Assembly: GCA_963828735.1 (NCBI GenBank)
Contig: CAWHFW010000005.1
Span: forward strand, 1,824,001 to 1,888,000
Origin: an uncultured Gemmatimonadales bacterium
GTDB lineage: Bacteria; Gemmatimonadota; Gemmatimonadetes; Gemmatimonadales; GWC2-71-9
DNA: 64,000 nt
Reading direction: 5' to 3'
Positions 1-9,448 of this stretch are shown here, piece after piece. How positions within the stretch are numbered: position 1 is the stretch's first letter; every line of letters starts with the position of its first letter. The notes under the pieces were generated by a model, which searched no databases, was not told the DNA's origin, and was given only the letters and a program-made list of their open reading frames with translations. The translations under genes were made by a program, and so were the position numbers.

Positions 1-1
1 C

Positions 2-493
2 CACCTGACGCCCGCGGGCGAGGAGCTCCGGCCGATCGTGGACGCGCTCGGCCAGTGGGCGAGGAAGTGGGTCACGCGCGATTATCACTCGTACGAGCTG
101 GATCCGGGCGTGCTCATGTGGTCGCTCCGGCGGCACGTCGTGACCGAGCAGTTCCCGCCCGGCCGGACCGTGGTGCACATCGAGCTCGAGGGCGAGCCCC
201 GGCTCCGGCGTTACTGGTGGATCGTGGTGCAGCGCGGCGACGAGGAGGACGTGGACGTCTGCATGACGGACCCTGGCCACCCGGTGTCCATCACCGTGCG
301 CGCGAAGCTCAGGACGCTGGTGGACGTGCTGATGGGCAATGAGAGGCTGGCGGACATGTTGCGCCGGGGGATGATGGTGCTGGAAGGCGACCGCGAGCTG
401 GCGCGGAGGTTCGAGACGCTGTTCGAGTTCGAGGCGGGGGCGCACTCCTATGCGGGGGGCGGGGTGGAGGACGTGCAGCTCGCGGTCGGCTAG
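2..493 (+). CDS. HxlR-family winged-helix regulator with C-terminal SCP2-like domain (5' partial)
   Basis: Frame is open from the window start: HLTPAGEELRPIVDALGQW is the typical end of an HxlR wHTH, followed by an SCP2-like region (VDVCMTDPG...LEGDRELARRF). Confidence 0.75.
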   Translation, partial: HLTPAGEELRPIVDALGQWARKWVTRDYHSYELDPGVLMWSLRRHVVTEQFPPGRTVVHIELEGEPRLRRYWWIVVQRGDEEDVDVCMTDPGHPVSITVRAKLRTLVDVLMGNERLADMLRRGMMVLEGDRELARRFETLFEFEAGAHSYAGGGVEDVQLAVG

Positions 494-1263
494 CTGGGAC
501 GAGTCATCGCCGGGACCACGCGCCGCCGACTCAACCCCAGCGTGGCACCGACCGCCGCAGTGACGATGAGCGGTGAGGTGACGCGCGGGTCCCAGTGTGA
601 GCCCCCATTGGGAAACAGCTGCCAGCAGAAATTGCCGATGGCGTGGTACAGCGCGACAGCGAACACGCTCTTCCCCGCGCTGTCGTAGATCCAGACCATC
701 AGGACCCGTGTTCCCACCGTGCCGAGGCACCACCAGGCGATCCAGCTCCCAGAACGATGCGCCTGCGTGAGCGGCAGAACGTGCCACGCCGCCCAGACCG
801 CGCCCAGCACGACGCCCGCGCCGAGAGCGCCCAACCGCCGCTGCAGGGGCTCGAGGGCGTAGCCGGTCCAGCCCAGCTCCTCGCCGATCCCCATCACCAA
901 GAACGGAACGAACATGATGGCCGCCGCCCCGAGCGAAATCCGGGGCGCAGGCATCGGCACCTGCATCAGGCGCATCAGCCAATACGAGAGGGCCGTCAGG
1001 CAGGGCATCAGCAACACGATGACCGCGTACCAGCCGCCCGGCTGGATCCGCTTCCCATCGAAGGCCCGGCGCAGCAGCGCCACCACAGCCGGCGACCCGC
1101 GCTCCCGGTAGACCAGGAGCGAGGCCGCGAGGGAGGGGCAGATGGCCTGGAGCGCGCTGACCGGCAGACCTGGCAACAGCTCCAACGGTCGGACCGCTCC
1201 CAGGTACCAGAACGGGAGGGCGAGGGTGAACACCAGGACATAGAACGCGACCGGTCCCGTCAT
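490..1263 (-). CDS. CPBP (CAAX/Abi) family intramembrane glutamic endopeptidase
   Basis: Multi-TM protein with GEELGWTGY, WAAWH and LYHAIGN motifs; ATG at 1263 overlaps the upstream gene's stop. Confidence 0.85.
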   Translation of the reverse strand: MTGPVAFYVLVFTLALPFWYLGAVRPLELLPGLPVSALQAICPSLAASLLVYRERGSPAVVALLRRAFDGKRIQPGGWYAVIVLLMPCLTALSYWLMRLMQVPMPAPRISLGAAAIMFVPFLVMGIGEELGWTGYALEPLQRRLGALGAGVVLGAVWAAWHVLPLTQAHRSGSWIAWWCLGTVGTRVLMVWIYDSAGKSVFAVALYHAIGNFCWQLFPNGGSHWDPRVTSPLIVTAAVGATLGLSRRRVVPAMTRPS

Positions 1264-1988
1264 GGCGGCCCTTCCGCCAGGTCCACAACCAGCGCCGAGT
1301 GATCCGACAGGCGGCGCTCGCGCACCGCATGATCGTATCGGCAGGCGCGCATCCGCTCGGCGAGTCCGGCGCTCGCGAACGCGTGGTCGATGCGGAACCC
1401 GCGGCCCCGGCCGCCTCCGGGGAGATAGCTGAACCACGTGTGCTCCCGCCGCTCTCCATGCTGGCAGCGCCAGAGATCGACCAGGCCCGCGCCGGAGAGC
1501 GCCGCGAAGGCCGGTCCCGCCTTGAATCGGTAGCCGTCGGCATCGACGCCGGACGCACCGGCGTTGTAGTCACCCAGCATGAGAAACGGTCCTGCCATCC
1601 GGCGGCCAAGCCAGGCGGCGGCGGCGTTCCAGAAGGCGGGCACCTCGGGGCCCGCGGGCGGGCCGTAGACCGCCCCGAGCCGAAAGCCCGCGACCTCGAT
1701 CTCCAGCCACCCGCGAGGGTAGATCGCCGCATGAGGCGGGCGCGGCCCGCACCGCCGGCGGATGGGTCGGCGCGAGAGCACGCACATGCCGCGCTCCGTC
1801 GGGCCCCGCGGCGCGCTGGCGCAGAATTCGTAGCCCGCGCTTCTCAGCACGTGACACAGGTCGGGCCCGCGCGCCGGCAGCGTCTCCTGCAGCACGAGCA
1901 CGTCCGCCTCGTAGCGCCGGAGTGTGTCGACCAGCGCCGCGCATCGGCCGCCGCCGCCGGCCATGATGTTCCACGAGACCAGGCGCAT
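1260..1988 (-). CDS. Endonuclease/exonuclease/phosphatase (Xth/AP endonuclease-like)
   Basis: SWNI, LQET, GDYN, RIDHAF and SDH catalytic motifs. Confidence 0.85.
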   Translation of the reverse strand: MRLVSWNIMAGGGGRCAALVDTLRRYEADVLVLQETLPARGPDLCHVLRSAGYEFCASAPRGPTERGMCVLSRRPIRRRCGPRPPHAAIYPRGWLEIEVAGFRLGAVYGPPAGPEVPAFWNAAAAWLGRRMAGPFLMLGDYNAGASGVDADGYRFKAGPAFAALSGAGLVDLWRCQHGERREHTWFSYLPGGGRGRGFRIDHAFASAGLAERMRACRYDHAVRERRLSDHSALVVDLAEGPP

Positions 1989-2506
1989 CAGACGCCGGTG
2001 GCACGTCCGCGCGCCGCGCGCTTGAGCAAACCGATCTGTCCCGCGTGATACAGCGTGTGCTGCAGGACGCCGTGCAGCAGGACGTATTTCGTGTACGTCT
2101 GCCCGGACACCGGTCCATCCAGATCGTCCTCATCGAGCCGGCGCACGGCCGCGAGCAGGCGGTCGTGACTCGCCTGCAGGGCCGCGAGGGCCTCGGCCCA
2201 TGCCGCCGCCGTCGGCCGTGGGGCCGGCGGCCAGTCCTCGTCGTGCAGCGGCTCGACGGGCTCGCCGCCGAGCCGGCGCCCGGCGGCATCGAGCCAGTAG
2301 GTGACGTGGGTGACGAGCTCCCAGATGCTGTGGGCTCCAGCCACGGGATGCGCCGCGGCGAGCGTGGCGTCGACGTCGTTCAGCACCGCGCGCACGGGTG
2401 CGCCGAGCCACGCGTCGCCGTCATAGGCGCGCTCGAGCTGGTCGAGGAGCCGGGTGATCTCTCGCGAGCCGGCCGTGGCGCGGCTCGCCGCCTGCTTCGC
2501 TGGCAT
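1988..2506 (-). CDS. DinB family protein
   Basis: HSIWELVTH and QHTLYHAGQI motifs. Confidence 0.88.
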   Translation of the reverse strand: MPAKQAASRATAGSREITRLLDQLERAYDGDAWLGAPVRAVLNDVDATLAAAHPVAGAHSIWELVTHVTYWLDAAGRRLGGEPVEPLHDEDWPPAPRPTAAAWAEALAALQASHDRLLAAVRRLDEDDLDGPVSGQTYTKYVLLHGVLQHTLYHAGQIGLLKRAARGRATGV

Positions 2507-2743
2507 ATGGTCCCCCTCGTTGCGTATGAATGGCCCCGGCGCCGTGCCCGTTCAAGCGGAGAGCTCGAGCCAGAAGGTGCCGAAAGGCCAATCCGTCTCA
2601 CCGTACTCCTGGCCGACTCTCACTTAAGTCGGTGCCGCGACCTGTCGAATGGCGGATGTTTCGACGTTGGTCGCGATCGATATTCTCCGCACGAGCCGAG
2701 GAACAGCCTCGGCTTTGCTATTTCCCTTGACGCGGAGCAGGCC

Positions 2744-3106
2744 ATGTTGACCCGCACGACCAGATTCAGACTCGCGATGCTCACCGGCGTCCTGATGGCC
2801 TACGGCTGCGGCTCCAGCGGGAGCGACATCACCGCACCGCCCGCGTCGGGGGGCAGCACGGTTTCGGCGACCCCCTCGCTGACGTTCACCCCGGCGTCCA
2901 TCACCGTGCACACCGGCGACGCGGTCACGTTCGCGTTCGGCTCGGTGGGGCACAACGTCTTCTTCGCGGCGCAGGCCGGTGCCCCGACCGACATCGACGG
3001 CACCAACGCGAACGTCTCCGTTCCGCGGACGTTCGCGACGGCCGGGACCTTTCAGTACACGTGTCACATCCATCCGTCCATGCACGGCACGGTGGTCGTG
3101 CAATGA
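2744..3106 (+). CDS. Plastocyanin/azurin-like blue copper (cupredoxin) lipoprotein
   Basis: Signal peptide with AYGC lipobox-like site, GHNV and C-x2-H-x2-M type 1 copper ligands (YTCHIHPSM). Confidence 0.85.
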   Translation: MLTRTTRFRLAMLTGVLMAYGCGSSGSDITAPPASGGSTVSATPSLTFTPASITVHTGDAVTFAFGSVGHNVFFAAQAGAPTDIDGTNANVSVPRTFATAGTFQYTCHIHPSMHGTVVVQ

Positions 3107-3321
3107 CGGTTAGCAGCTCCCCGGCGTGCGCCCGGCCACGAGATGCAGACGGCCACGGCGCCGGCGAGGACGTCGGTGAAGCGCGAGCGGCGGAGGGTCT
3201 GTTCGCCGCCGGCTTCACGGTCGCTACCTCGGGATGGCAGGAGCTTCATCATGATGCGGCCGATCGAGGAGAACCGGGCGGGTCGTGATGGTCGTGAACT
3301 GGATCGCGGGTCGTGCGGCGT

Positions 3322-3718
3322 CTATCGGCTCCGCGGGATCGGCTGCAGCATGCTCACCCGGTTGCCCTCCGGGTCCACGAATGACACGTATTGTCCGACG
3401 CCCGGAATGTCCCACGGCTCGCCGAGGACCTTGCCTCCCGCGGAGGTGACCTTGGCGGTCGATCGCTTGAGGTTGTCCACCGCGATCACGACCGACGGGT
3501 ACTGCATTGGAAAGTCGGGCTTCTTGCCGTAGAAGCCCGCCGTTGATGGCGCCGGGCTTGGTGGGCCCGGCATCGGTGCTCTCGGTCGTGACGGCAAGGA
3601 CGTAGTTGCCCATGTCCTCGCCCAGCATCTGGGTTTGCCAGCCGAACGCCGACTGATAGAACTTGGCCATCCGCTCGCGATTCTCGTACGGCATCTCGAA
3701 GTGCACGACGCTATCCAT
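3322..3718 (-). pseudogene. VOC/glyoxalase family protein with a +1 frameshift near 3537 (real pseudogene or sequencing error)
   Basis: N-half MDSVVHFEMP...AINGG and C-half FYGKKP...FVDPEGNRVSMLQP lie in adjacent frames; removing one base of the C-run at 3536-3538 joins them. Confidence 0.8.
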
Positions 3719-4075
3719 CGGTCCATCCTCCCTGTCGCGTTACCATGCCTCCCCGAGCGACACCCGCCCGGACGCACGCCATCCGTGGAAATCGTACCCT
3801 GGGTCCTCGATGTCAGCAATCGCCGCCGTTTTCGCTCTTACCTGGGTCGGCTCCTGTCGTGCTCACACGCTCCCGCGCGGCCACGGCCGGCGGACGTGCC
3901 CTCCGTCGGTTGCACCTCCGCTTCGTTTACGCCGTTGTACAGCACAACCCCCGCGCACCGGGCGGGTGCGCGGGGGCTGGAGAGAGCCCCGGCGTCCGGC
4001 GTCCGTCGGCTACGGCTTCCACGACGGCTCCGGCCAACCGGTGCCGTCGTGCGGTCAGCCCGCGACGATCGATCG

Positions 4076-4468
4076 CTACTTCGGAACGCCAACGAACAAG
4101 GCGCCCGTCAATCGGCCATCGTCGCTGGTGAGCGGTGCGTAGTCGGCGTCGTACTTCCGACCGAACACCTCGGCCTCCCCGACGTACGAGTGCTTCTTGA
4201 CCAGGGCCTTGTAGGCCGGCGAGGCATGATCGAGTTTGGTGTCGACCGCGGACTTTCCATCCTCCGTGACCAGCGTGGTCCGAGTCCGGGTGAAATCCTT
4301 GCCATCATAGGAAAGGATGCTGGCCTCCATACTCCCCGGGCCCTGGACCGCCTCCCGGGAACGGCTCCCTACGACGGTCCACGCCATCAGGGCGACCGAG
4401 ACGGTCAACACCAGAGCGACAACGATCCCCTGTCCAATACGAGCCGGTATCCGCTGACGTGCACGCAT
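4076..4468 (-). CDS. Stand-alone Cache (Cache_3/Cache_2-like) sensor domain protein with N-terminal TM/signal
   Basis: DFTRTRTTL..DGKSAVDTKLD..SPAYKAL..SYVGEAEVFGRKY..DYAPL..GALFVG resembles the Cache_3-Cache_2 pattern. Confidence 0.72.
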   Translation of the reverse strand: MRARQRIPARIGQGIVVALVLTVSVALMAWTVVGSRSREAVQGPGSMEASILSYDGKDFTRTRTTLVTEDGKSAVDTKLDHASPAYKALVKKHSYVGEAEVFGRKYDADYAPLTSDDGRLTGALFVGVPK

Positions 4469-4775
4469 GGCTTACCCCCCTGTGTGAAGGACGGCTGCTT
4501 GGTGCCACTGCGAGGAACCGATCGGTAATACTGAAGGTGCGGTCGGCGGTGATCGCCGGCGGTGATGGGCGGGTGGGGGATCGAGCGTGGCCAAGGCCGG
4601 CCCTGACCAACTCAGGGCGGCGGCCGGCACAGCAGATAGAGGGGACGCCTGAATGGCGGCCTCCCTCATCCTGGAGGAGCTTCGACTTCGACGGCACCCA
4701 CGTGGAGCGACCCTAACCTGAAGCCCGGTACAACGGGGGTCAAGTCGGCACACACGGTGGTGCCGGCGAGCGAGC

Positions 4776-5912
4776 CTACCGCTTCAAGGCGCCCCGCCCT
4801 TCGAGGATCCGGACGACCTCCGCGACCGGCAGTGCCTCGACCGTCCCGTCCCTCGCGGTCACGGTCGTTGCCGTGAACAGGGAATTGTAGATCGCCTCCT
4901 CGGTCGCCTCGGCGACGCCCTGGAAGAGACCGGTCATCTCGTCGTTCCCGATCTCGGTCGTCGCGAGGCGCGCAGCGCCGTATCGGCGTCGGACGTCCGG
5001 ATGCGTCGAGAAGGCGATCACGTAGTCGCCCGAGCCGTTGCCCATCGCCGAGCCGGTGCGGCCGAGGCCGACGAGCGCGCGGGCGGCGAGGCGGTGGAGG
5101 TTCCGATCGGAGAGCGGCGCGTCCGTCGCCACGACCATCATGATGGATCCCTTGGCGCCCTGGGTGTCCTCGGCGCGACGCACGCCTTCGCGGCCGAGCG
5201 CGCGCCCGACCGGTACACCGAGGACGAGCAGGTCGCCGCCGAAGTTCGACTGCACGAGCACACCAACGGTCCAGGTGCTGTCGGCTGCGGCGACGCGGCG
5301 AGACGACGTGCCGATCCCGCCCTTCCAGCCGAACGCCACCGTTCCGGTCCCCGCGCCGACGCTCCCTTCCTCGACCGCGCCGCTGCGCGCGCCCTCGAGC
5401 GCCGCCCGCACGTCACGCTCGGTGATGGGCCGGCTCCGGATGGCGTTGAGCACATAGCCGTCGTTGGTCTCGCCGACCACCGGATTGATCGACCGTACGT
5501 CGGCCATGCCGGGTTGCGCCAGGAGCCACCCGACCATCGCATCGGCCGCCTTCCACACGCAGAGGGTGCAGGTGAGCAGGATCGGCGTCTCGAGCTCGCC
5601 CAGCTCCGCGACCTGGGTCACGCCGAGCAGCTTGCCGAATCCGTTGCCGACATGGATGGCCGCGGGGACGCGATCGAGGAAGATGTTGCCGGGATGGGGC
5701 AGGATGGCGGTGACGCCGGTCCGGACGGAGTCGCCCAGGCGGACGGTGGTCTGGCCGACCCGCACACCGGCGACATCGGTGATCGCGTTCAGCGGTCCCG
5801 GTGGGAGCGTGCCGGGGACGATGCCGAGATCGCGGGCCCGCGCGGCGTGCTGGGCGTTCGCCGACGCGGGCACGAGCAGGGAAAGCAGGAGGAACACCGT
5901 ATCGCGGCGCAT
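4776..5912 (-). CDS. dmpA: P1/S58 family aminopeptidase (DmpA-like), secreted
   Basis: NAITDVAGVRVG, GSVGAGTG, KGGIGTSSR and the G|SIMMVVATDAPL autocleavage site; signal peptide. Confidence 0.9.
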   Translation of the reverse strand: MRRDTVFLLLSLLVPASANAQHAARARDLGIVPGTLPPGPLNAITDVAGVRVGQTTVRLGDSVRTGVTAILPHPGNIFLDRVPAAIHVGNGFGKLLGVTQVAELGELETPILLTCTLCVWKAADAMVGWLLAQPGMADVRSINPVVGETNDGYVLNAIRSRPITERDVRAALEGARSGAVEEGSVGAGTGTVAFGWKGGIGTSSRRVAAADSTWTVGVLVQSNFGGDLLVLGVPVGRALGREGVRRAEDTQGAKGSIMMVVATDAPLSDRNLHRLAARALVGLGRTGSAMGNGSGDYVIAFSTHPDVRRRYGAARLATTEIGNDEMTGLFQGVAEATEEAIYNSLFTATTVTARDGTVEALPVAEVVRILEGRGALKR

Positions 5913-6085
5913 GGGGTCCGTATGGAAGAGGGAAGAAGCTATGATCCCGGCAACGGATCGAACAAGCCCTTGCCATCGCGGGCCAGTGCCGCAGCTTCGA
6001 TGGAGATCGCTAAGGGAATCGGGTCGTGGCGCCTCATGAGGATTGCCGCCGCCCGCATCCGGTCGACTCGGCGGAGGAAGGTACC

Positions 6086-7051
6086 ATGGCGCTCTTGGAC
6101 ACCAGCACCGGCTCTCCGGCGTGGCCCGCGCTGCCGTACGAGGAGTGGAAAGACACGCTGGCCACGCTTCACCTGTGGACCCAGGTCGTCGGGAAGGTTC
6201 GCCTGGTTCAGACGCCGTGGGTCAATCACTCGTGGCACGTCGCGCTCTATGTCACGGCGCGCGGCCTCACGACGTCGCCGATTCCCTACGGTCAGCGCAC
6301 GTTCGAGATCGCGTTCGACTTCCTCGATCACGAGCTCCGGATCCAGGCCAGCGATGGCGCGGTCGCGTCCGTCCAGCTCGCCCCTCGCACGGTGGCCGAC
6401 TTCTACCAGGACGTGATGGGCCGCCTCCAGTCGCTCGGACTCGACGTCAGGATCCGCACGATGCCGTGCGAGATCCCCGACTGCATCCCGTTCGACCTGG
6501 ACCGACTCCATCGGACCTACGACGCGGCTCAGGCCACGCGATTCTGGCGAGTGCTTGCGCAGGCCGACCGGGTGCTCAAGGCGTTTCGCGCTCGGTTCCT
6601 GGGGAAGTCCAGTCCGGTGCACTTCTTCTGGGGCGGCTTCGACCTGGCCGTGACGAGGTTCTCCGGCCGGCGCGCCCCACCGCATCCGGGCGGAGTTCCG
6701 AACTTGCCCGATTGGGTGGCACGTGAGGCGTACTCCCACGAAGTGAGCAGCTGTGGGTTCTGGCCTGGTGGCGAGATGGCGCCCGCGGCCGTGTTCTACG
6801 CCTACGCCTATCCCGAGCCCGAAGGCTTCAAGGCGGCCGCGGTGCGGCCGGAGGCCGCGCGATACAGCGCTGAGTTGGGCGAGTTCATCCTTCCCTATGA
6901 CGAGGTGCGTCGTGCGGCCTCGCCGGACGCCACGCTCCTGGACTTCCTTCAGACGACGTACGAAGCGGCCGCAGACCGCGCCGGCTGGGATCGCGCAGGG
7001 TTGGAGCGCGGATCGGAGCCGACGGCCGGGTCGATACCCGGGGGCTCCTGA
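6086..7051 (+). CDS. DUF5996 (Ava_C0101-like) family protein
   Basis: TLHLWTQVVGKVRL, NHSWHV, SPVHFFWGGFDLAVTRFSGR and EAYSHEVSSCGFWPG; GGAGGA RBS upstream. Confidence 0.85.
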   Translation: MALLDTSTGSPAWPALPYEEWKDTLATLHLWTQVVGKVRLVQTPWVNHSWHVALYVTARGLTTSPIPYGQRTFEIAFDFLDHELRIQASDGAVASVQLAPRTVADFYQDVMGRLQSLGLDVRIRTMPCEIPDCIPFDLDRLHRTYDAAQATRFWRVLAQADRVLKAFRARFLGKSSPVHFFWGGFDLAVTRFSGRRAPPHPGGVPNLPDWVAREAYSHEVSSCGFWPGGEMAPAAVFYAYAYPEPEGFKAAAVRPEAARYSAELGEFILPYDEVRRAASPDATLLDFLQTTYEAAADRAGWDRAGLERGSEPTAGSIPGGS

Positions 7052-7088
7052 GGGGAGGTCCCGCCGTCATTCCCGCAGAAATCGACGC

Positions 7089-7439
7089 TCATTCCGCAGG
7101 TCGGTCCGATGCCAGGCATCTCTCGGGTACCCAGCCATCGTTTCCGCCGGCATCGGACACCCAGACCCAACCGTTCATGCTCCGATGGCGGACGACCTCC
7201 GCTCCTGCGCGGACGCTGAGCTCCCGGGCGGTGTAGTCCTCCAGCATGATGGCTTCCGTGGCGGTCCGCTGCAGCAGTTGCTCCGGTACCCATCCGCCCC
7301 GCTGATCGGGGCCCGTGCACCATAGCCAGCCAGGGAATTCCGGGTCGCCCGGTCCGACATGGACCCGGTCCCCCGCTCGTACGGTGATGGGGTCCGCATA
7401 TTGGGCGGAGTAGTGGTGCGCCACGCGTATCGTCGCCAC
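7089..7439 (-). CDS. Tandem SH3-domain protein
   Basis: Two repeats of (I/L)xVRAG...GW(L/V)W...GWVPE; GTG at 7439 preceded by AGGAGA. Confidence 0.75.
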   Translation of the reverse strand: MATIRVAHHYSAQYADPITVRAGDRVHVGPGDPEFPGWLWCTGPDQRGGWVPEQLLQRTATEAIMLEDYTARELSVRAGAEVVRHRSMNGWVWVSDAGGNDGWVPERCLASDRPAE

Positions 7440-7595
7440 GTCTCCTGCCTGGTGGATGGCTGGGTCCCTGGTCGAGCTCCGGGGAGACCAGCCAGATCGA
7501 GGATCGTCCGTCGTGGCCACGACGCTGTGTGCGGGGCCGCGGGCCGCGCGGAAGCTGGTGGACCTGATGATAGGGTACGGTGGCGCGGAGGCACG

Positions 7596-8411
7596 TCAAG
7601 AGCGTGATGGCTTCTCGGCCAGATAGGCGTAGCGCGACATGCGCCGCTCGACCGAGAGAGTGCGCACGCAGCGCAGGAACCTCTGCAGGCCCTCGAAGTT
7701 GGCCTCGCCTTCTCTCGCCACGAGCGGCTCGCGGTGGTGCGCCCGCGCGTCGTGCCAGCGGGCCGCGACCTCGGCCGCGCTCGCCGTCACGTCCTCGACC
7801 GCGAGGACCGTGAAGCCCGCCGCTCGCAACATCTCCTCGTTCGCGCCGGGCGGCACGAAGAGGTAGAAGCCGATCGAGCTTCGCGTCGCGAGCTCCTCGT
7901 GGGAGACGATGCCCGTGAGGATCATCGCGTCGGTGAACAGCACGCGGCCACCCGGCCGCACGAGCCGGTACCAGTCGCGGAGCACCTCCGGCCGGTTCGG
8001 GAGGTGGCATATTGCGTCGTTCGAGACGATGGCATCGAAGTGTCCCCCTCCGAAGGGCAACGGCCGGCTCGCGTCCACGGCCTCGAAGCGGGCCCGTCCG
8101 GCGAGACCGCGCGCCTCGGCGAGCGCACGCGCGTTCCGAACGCCATGCTCGTTGACGTCGACGCCCGTCACCCGACACTGACGCGAGGCGGCGAGGTAGA
8201 CCGCCGGTCCGCCCGAGCCGCTCCCGACCTCCAGGACCTCGGAGTCGGGGCCGACGCCCAGCTGGTCCGCGAACGCGAGCCACTCGCGGGCCGTGAGCCA
8301 GCTGCTCTGGCCCAGGTCCTCGCCGTAGGTCTCCCGCCGCACGGCCGCTTCGGCGCTGCTCGCGAAGTCGCCATAGACATTGTCATACAGATTGACGGAA
8401 TCGGTGGACAT
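7596..8411 (-). CDS. Class I SAM-dependent methyltransferase
   Basis: VLEVGSGSGG motif I, FDAIVS and VRPGGRV; AGGAGG RBS. Confidence 0.9.
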   Translation of the reverse strand: MSTDSVNLYDNVYGDFASSAEAAVRRETYGEDLGQSSWLTAREWLAFADQLGVGPDSEVLEVGSGSGGPAVYLAASRQCRVTGVDVNEHGVRNARALAEARGLAGRARFEAVDASRPLPFGGGHFDAIVSNDAICHLPNRPEVLRDWYRLVRPGGRVLFTDAMILTGIVSHEELATRSSIGFYLFVPPGANEEMLRAAGFTVLAVEDVTASAAEVAARWHDARAHHREPLVAREGEANFEGLQRFLRCVRTLSVERRMSRYAYLAEKPSRS

Positions 8412-8630
8412 GCGACTTCCTCCTTCTGGCTTCCCCTGACCATTGTCGGCGTCGACCCGCCACTCACGGCCGAACTGGACACCTCCGGATTGACGCCCTC
8501 CACATACACGATCGTGACGCAGCGTTGCCACATTGCTGCCTCACTGCACGCGGCACCGCAAGGCCGGGCTGTTGCCCCCGGAGGTGGTCCTCTCCCGGGG
8601 TAGCCTGATCCGACTCGGGCTGCGTGCCTC

Positions 8631-9041
8631 ATGCGAGGCTACATGTCCCGGATGCACCCAGGCCGCACCATCCTCCTCGTCGACGATGACGCCGCCGTCC
8701 TGATGATGCTGGCCCGGCAGCTTCGGCTGCTGGGTTATGGCGTGCACACCGCAGGCACCGCCGTTGCCGCCCTCAAGCTGATGGAGCATGCCGGCAGGTT
8801 CGACCTGGTGCTCATCGACATCATCATGCCCGGGATGAACGGCACCGAGCTCGCCGGGCTCCTCCTCGACCGTGCTCCACATCAGTCGATCGTGCTCATG
8901 TCCGCCTACGCCCCGAGCGGGCTCGCCGAGGTCAGGGCCGGCACCAACCTGATCCCGGTGCTCAAGAAGCCGATCGATGCGCACGAGCTGACCCGACTGC
9001 TGGATCTGGCCCTGAGCGACGCCGGAACGCCCGCCCTATGA
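8631..9041 (+). CDS. Single-domain response regulator (receiver)
   Basis: LLVDDD, LIDIIMPGMNG, LMS and KKP motifs. Confidence 0.85.
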   Translation: MRGYMSRMHPGRTILLVDDDAAVLMMLARQLRLLGYGVHTAGTAVAALKLMEHAGRFDLVLIDIIMPGMNGTELAGLLLDRAPHQSIVLMSAYAPSGLAEVRAGTNLIPVLKKPIDAHELTRLLDLALSDAGTPAL

Positions 9042-9442
9042 CCACCTGCGAGCGCTACCTCCGGCCTGCCGCCGTCGCCCCGGAATCTCGCAGCAAGCCC
9101 GTCGTGCTCGTCGTGGACGACGAGCCGATGGTCCGCCGGGTCATGGTGGCGGCCCTGCGCGAGCGCTACCTCGTCCTCGAAGCCGCGAACGGTCGGGAGG
9201 CGTTGGCGCTGGTGGAGGTCGCGGGCGATGGGGTGTCGATCGTGGTGACGGACGTGCGGATGCCGACCATGGACGGTCCGGCGCTCGCCGGGGCGCTGGC
9301 GCGGCGGGAGCGCCCGCCCGCCATCCTGTTCGTGTCGGGGTTCGCGGGCGACGGCGAGCTCCCAGGACCGCTGCTCCAGAAACCCTTCCTGCCGCTCGAT
9401 CTGCTCGCGGCGGTCGCGCGGCTCGCGGCCGCTCCGCGCTAG
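9038..9442 (+). CDS. Single-domain response regulator (receiver)
   Basis: VVDDE, TDVRMPTMDG, VSG and QKPF; ATGA overlap with the previous gene. Confidence 0.85.
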   Translation: MTTCERYLRPAAVAPESRSKPVVLVVDDEPMVRRVMVAALRERYLVLEAANGREALALVEVAGDGVSIVVTDVRMPTMDGPALAGALARRERPPAILFVSGFAGDGELPGPLLQKPFLPLDLLAAVARLAAAPR

Positions 9443-9448
9443 GGCTCG

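Noticed and set aside
490..1988. CPBP ('Abi') plus nuclease as an anti-phage system
   Set aside because: The Abi label of this family is not evidence of defence; the nuclease looks like a repair enzyme and there is no defence-island context.
2558..2625. Glycine-riboswitch-like words GGAGAG...GCCGAAAGGCCAA...CTCTCA
   Set aside because: The required CTCTCAGG(C/T) is CTCTCACT, so P3 cannot pair, and the downstream gene is unrelated to glycine.
4530..4760. Hairpins upstream of the Cache gene as a possible riboswitch
   Set aside because: Only a short GCCCTGA/TCAGGGC stem; no aptamer consensus that I recognise.
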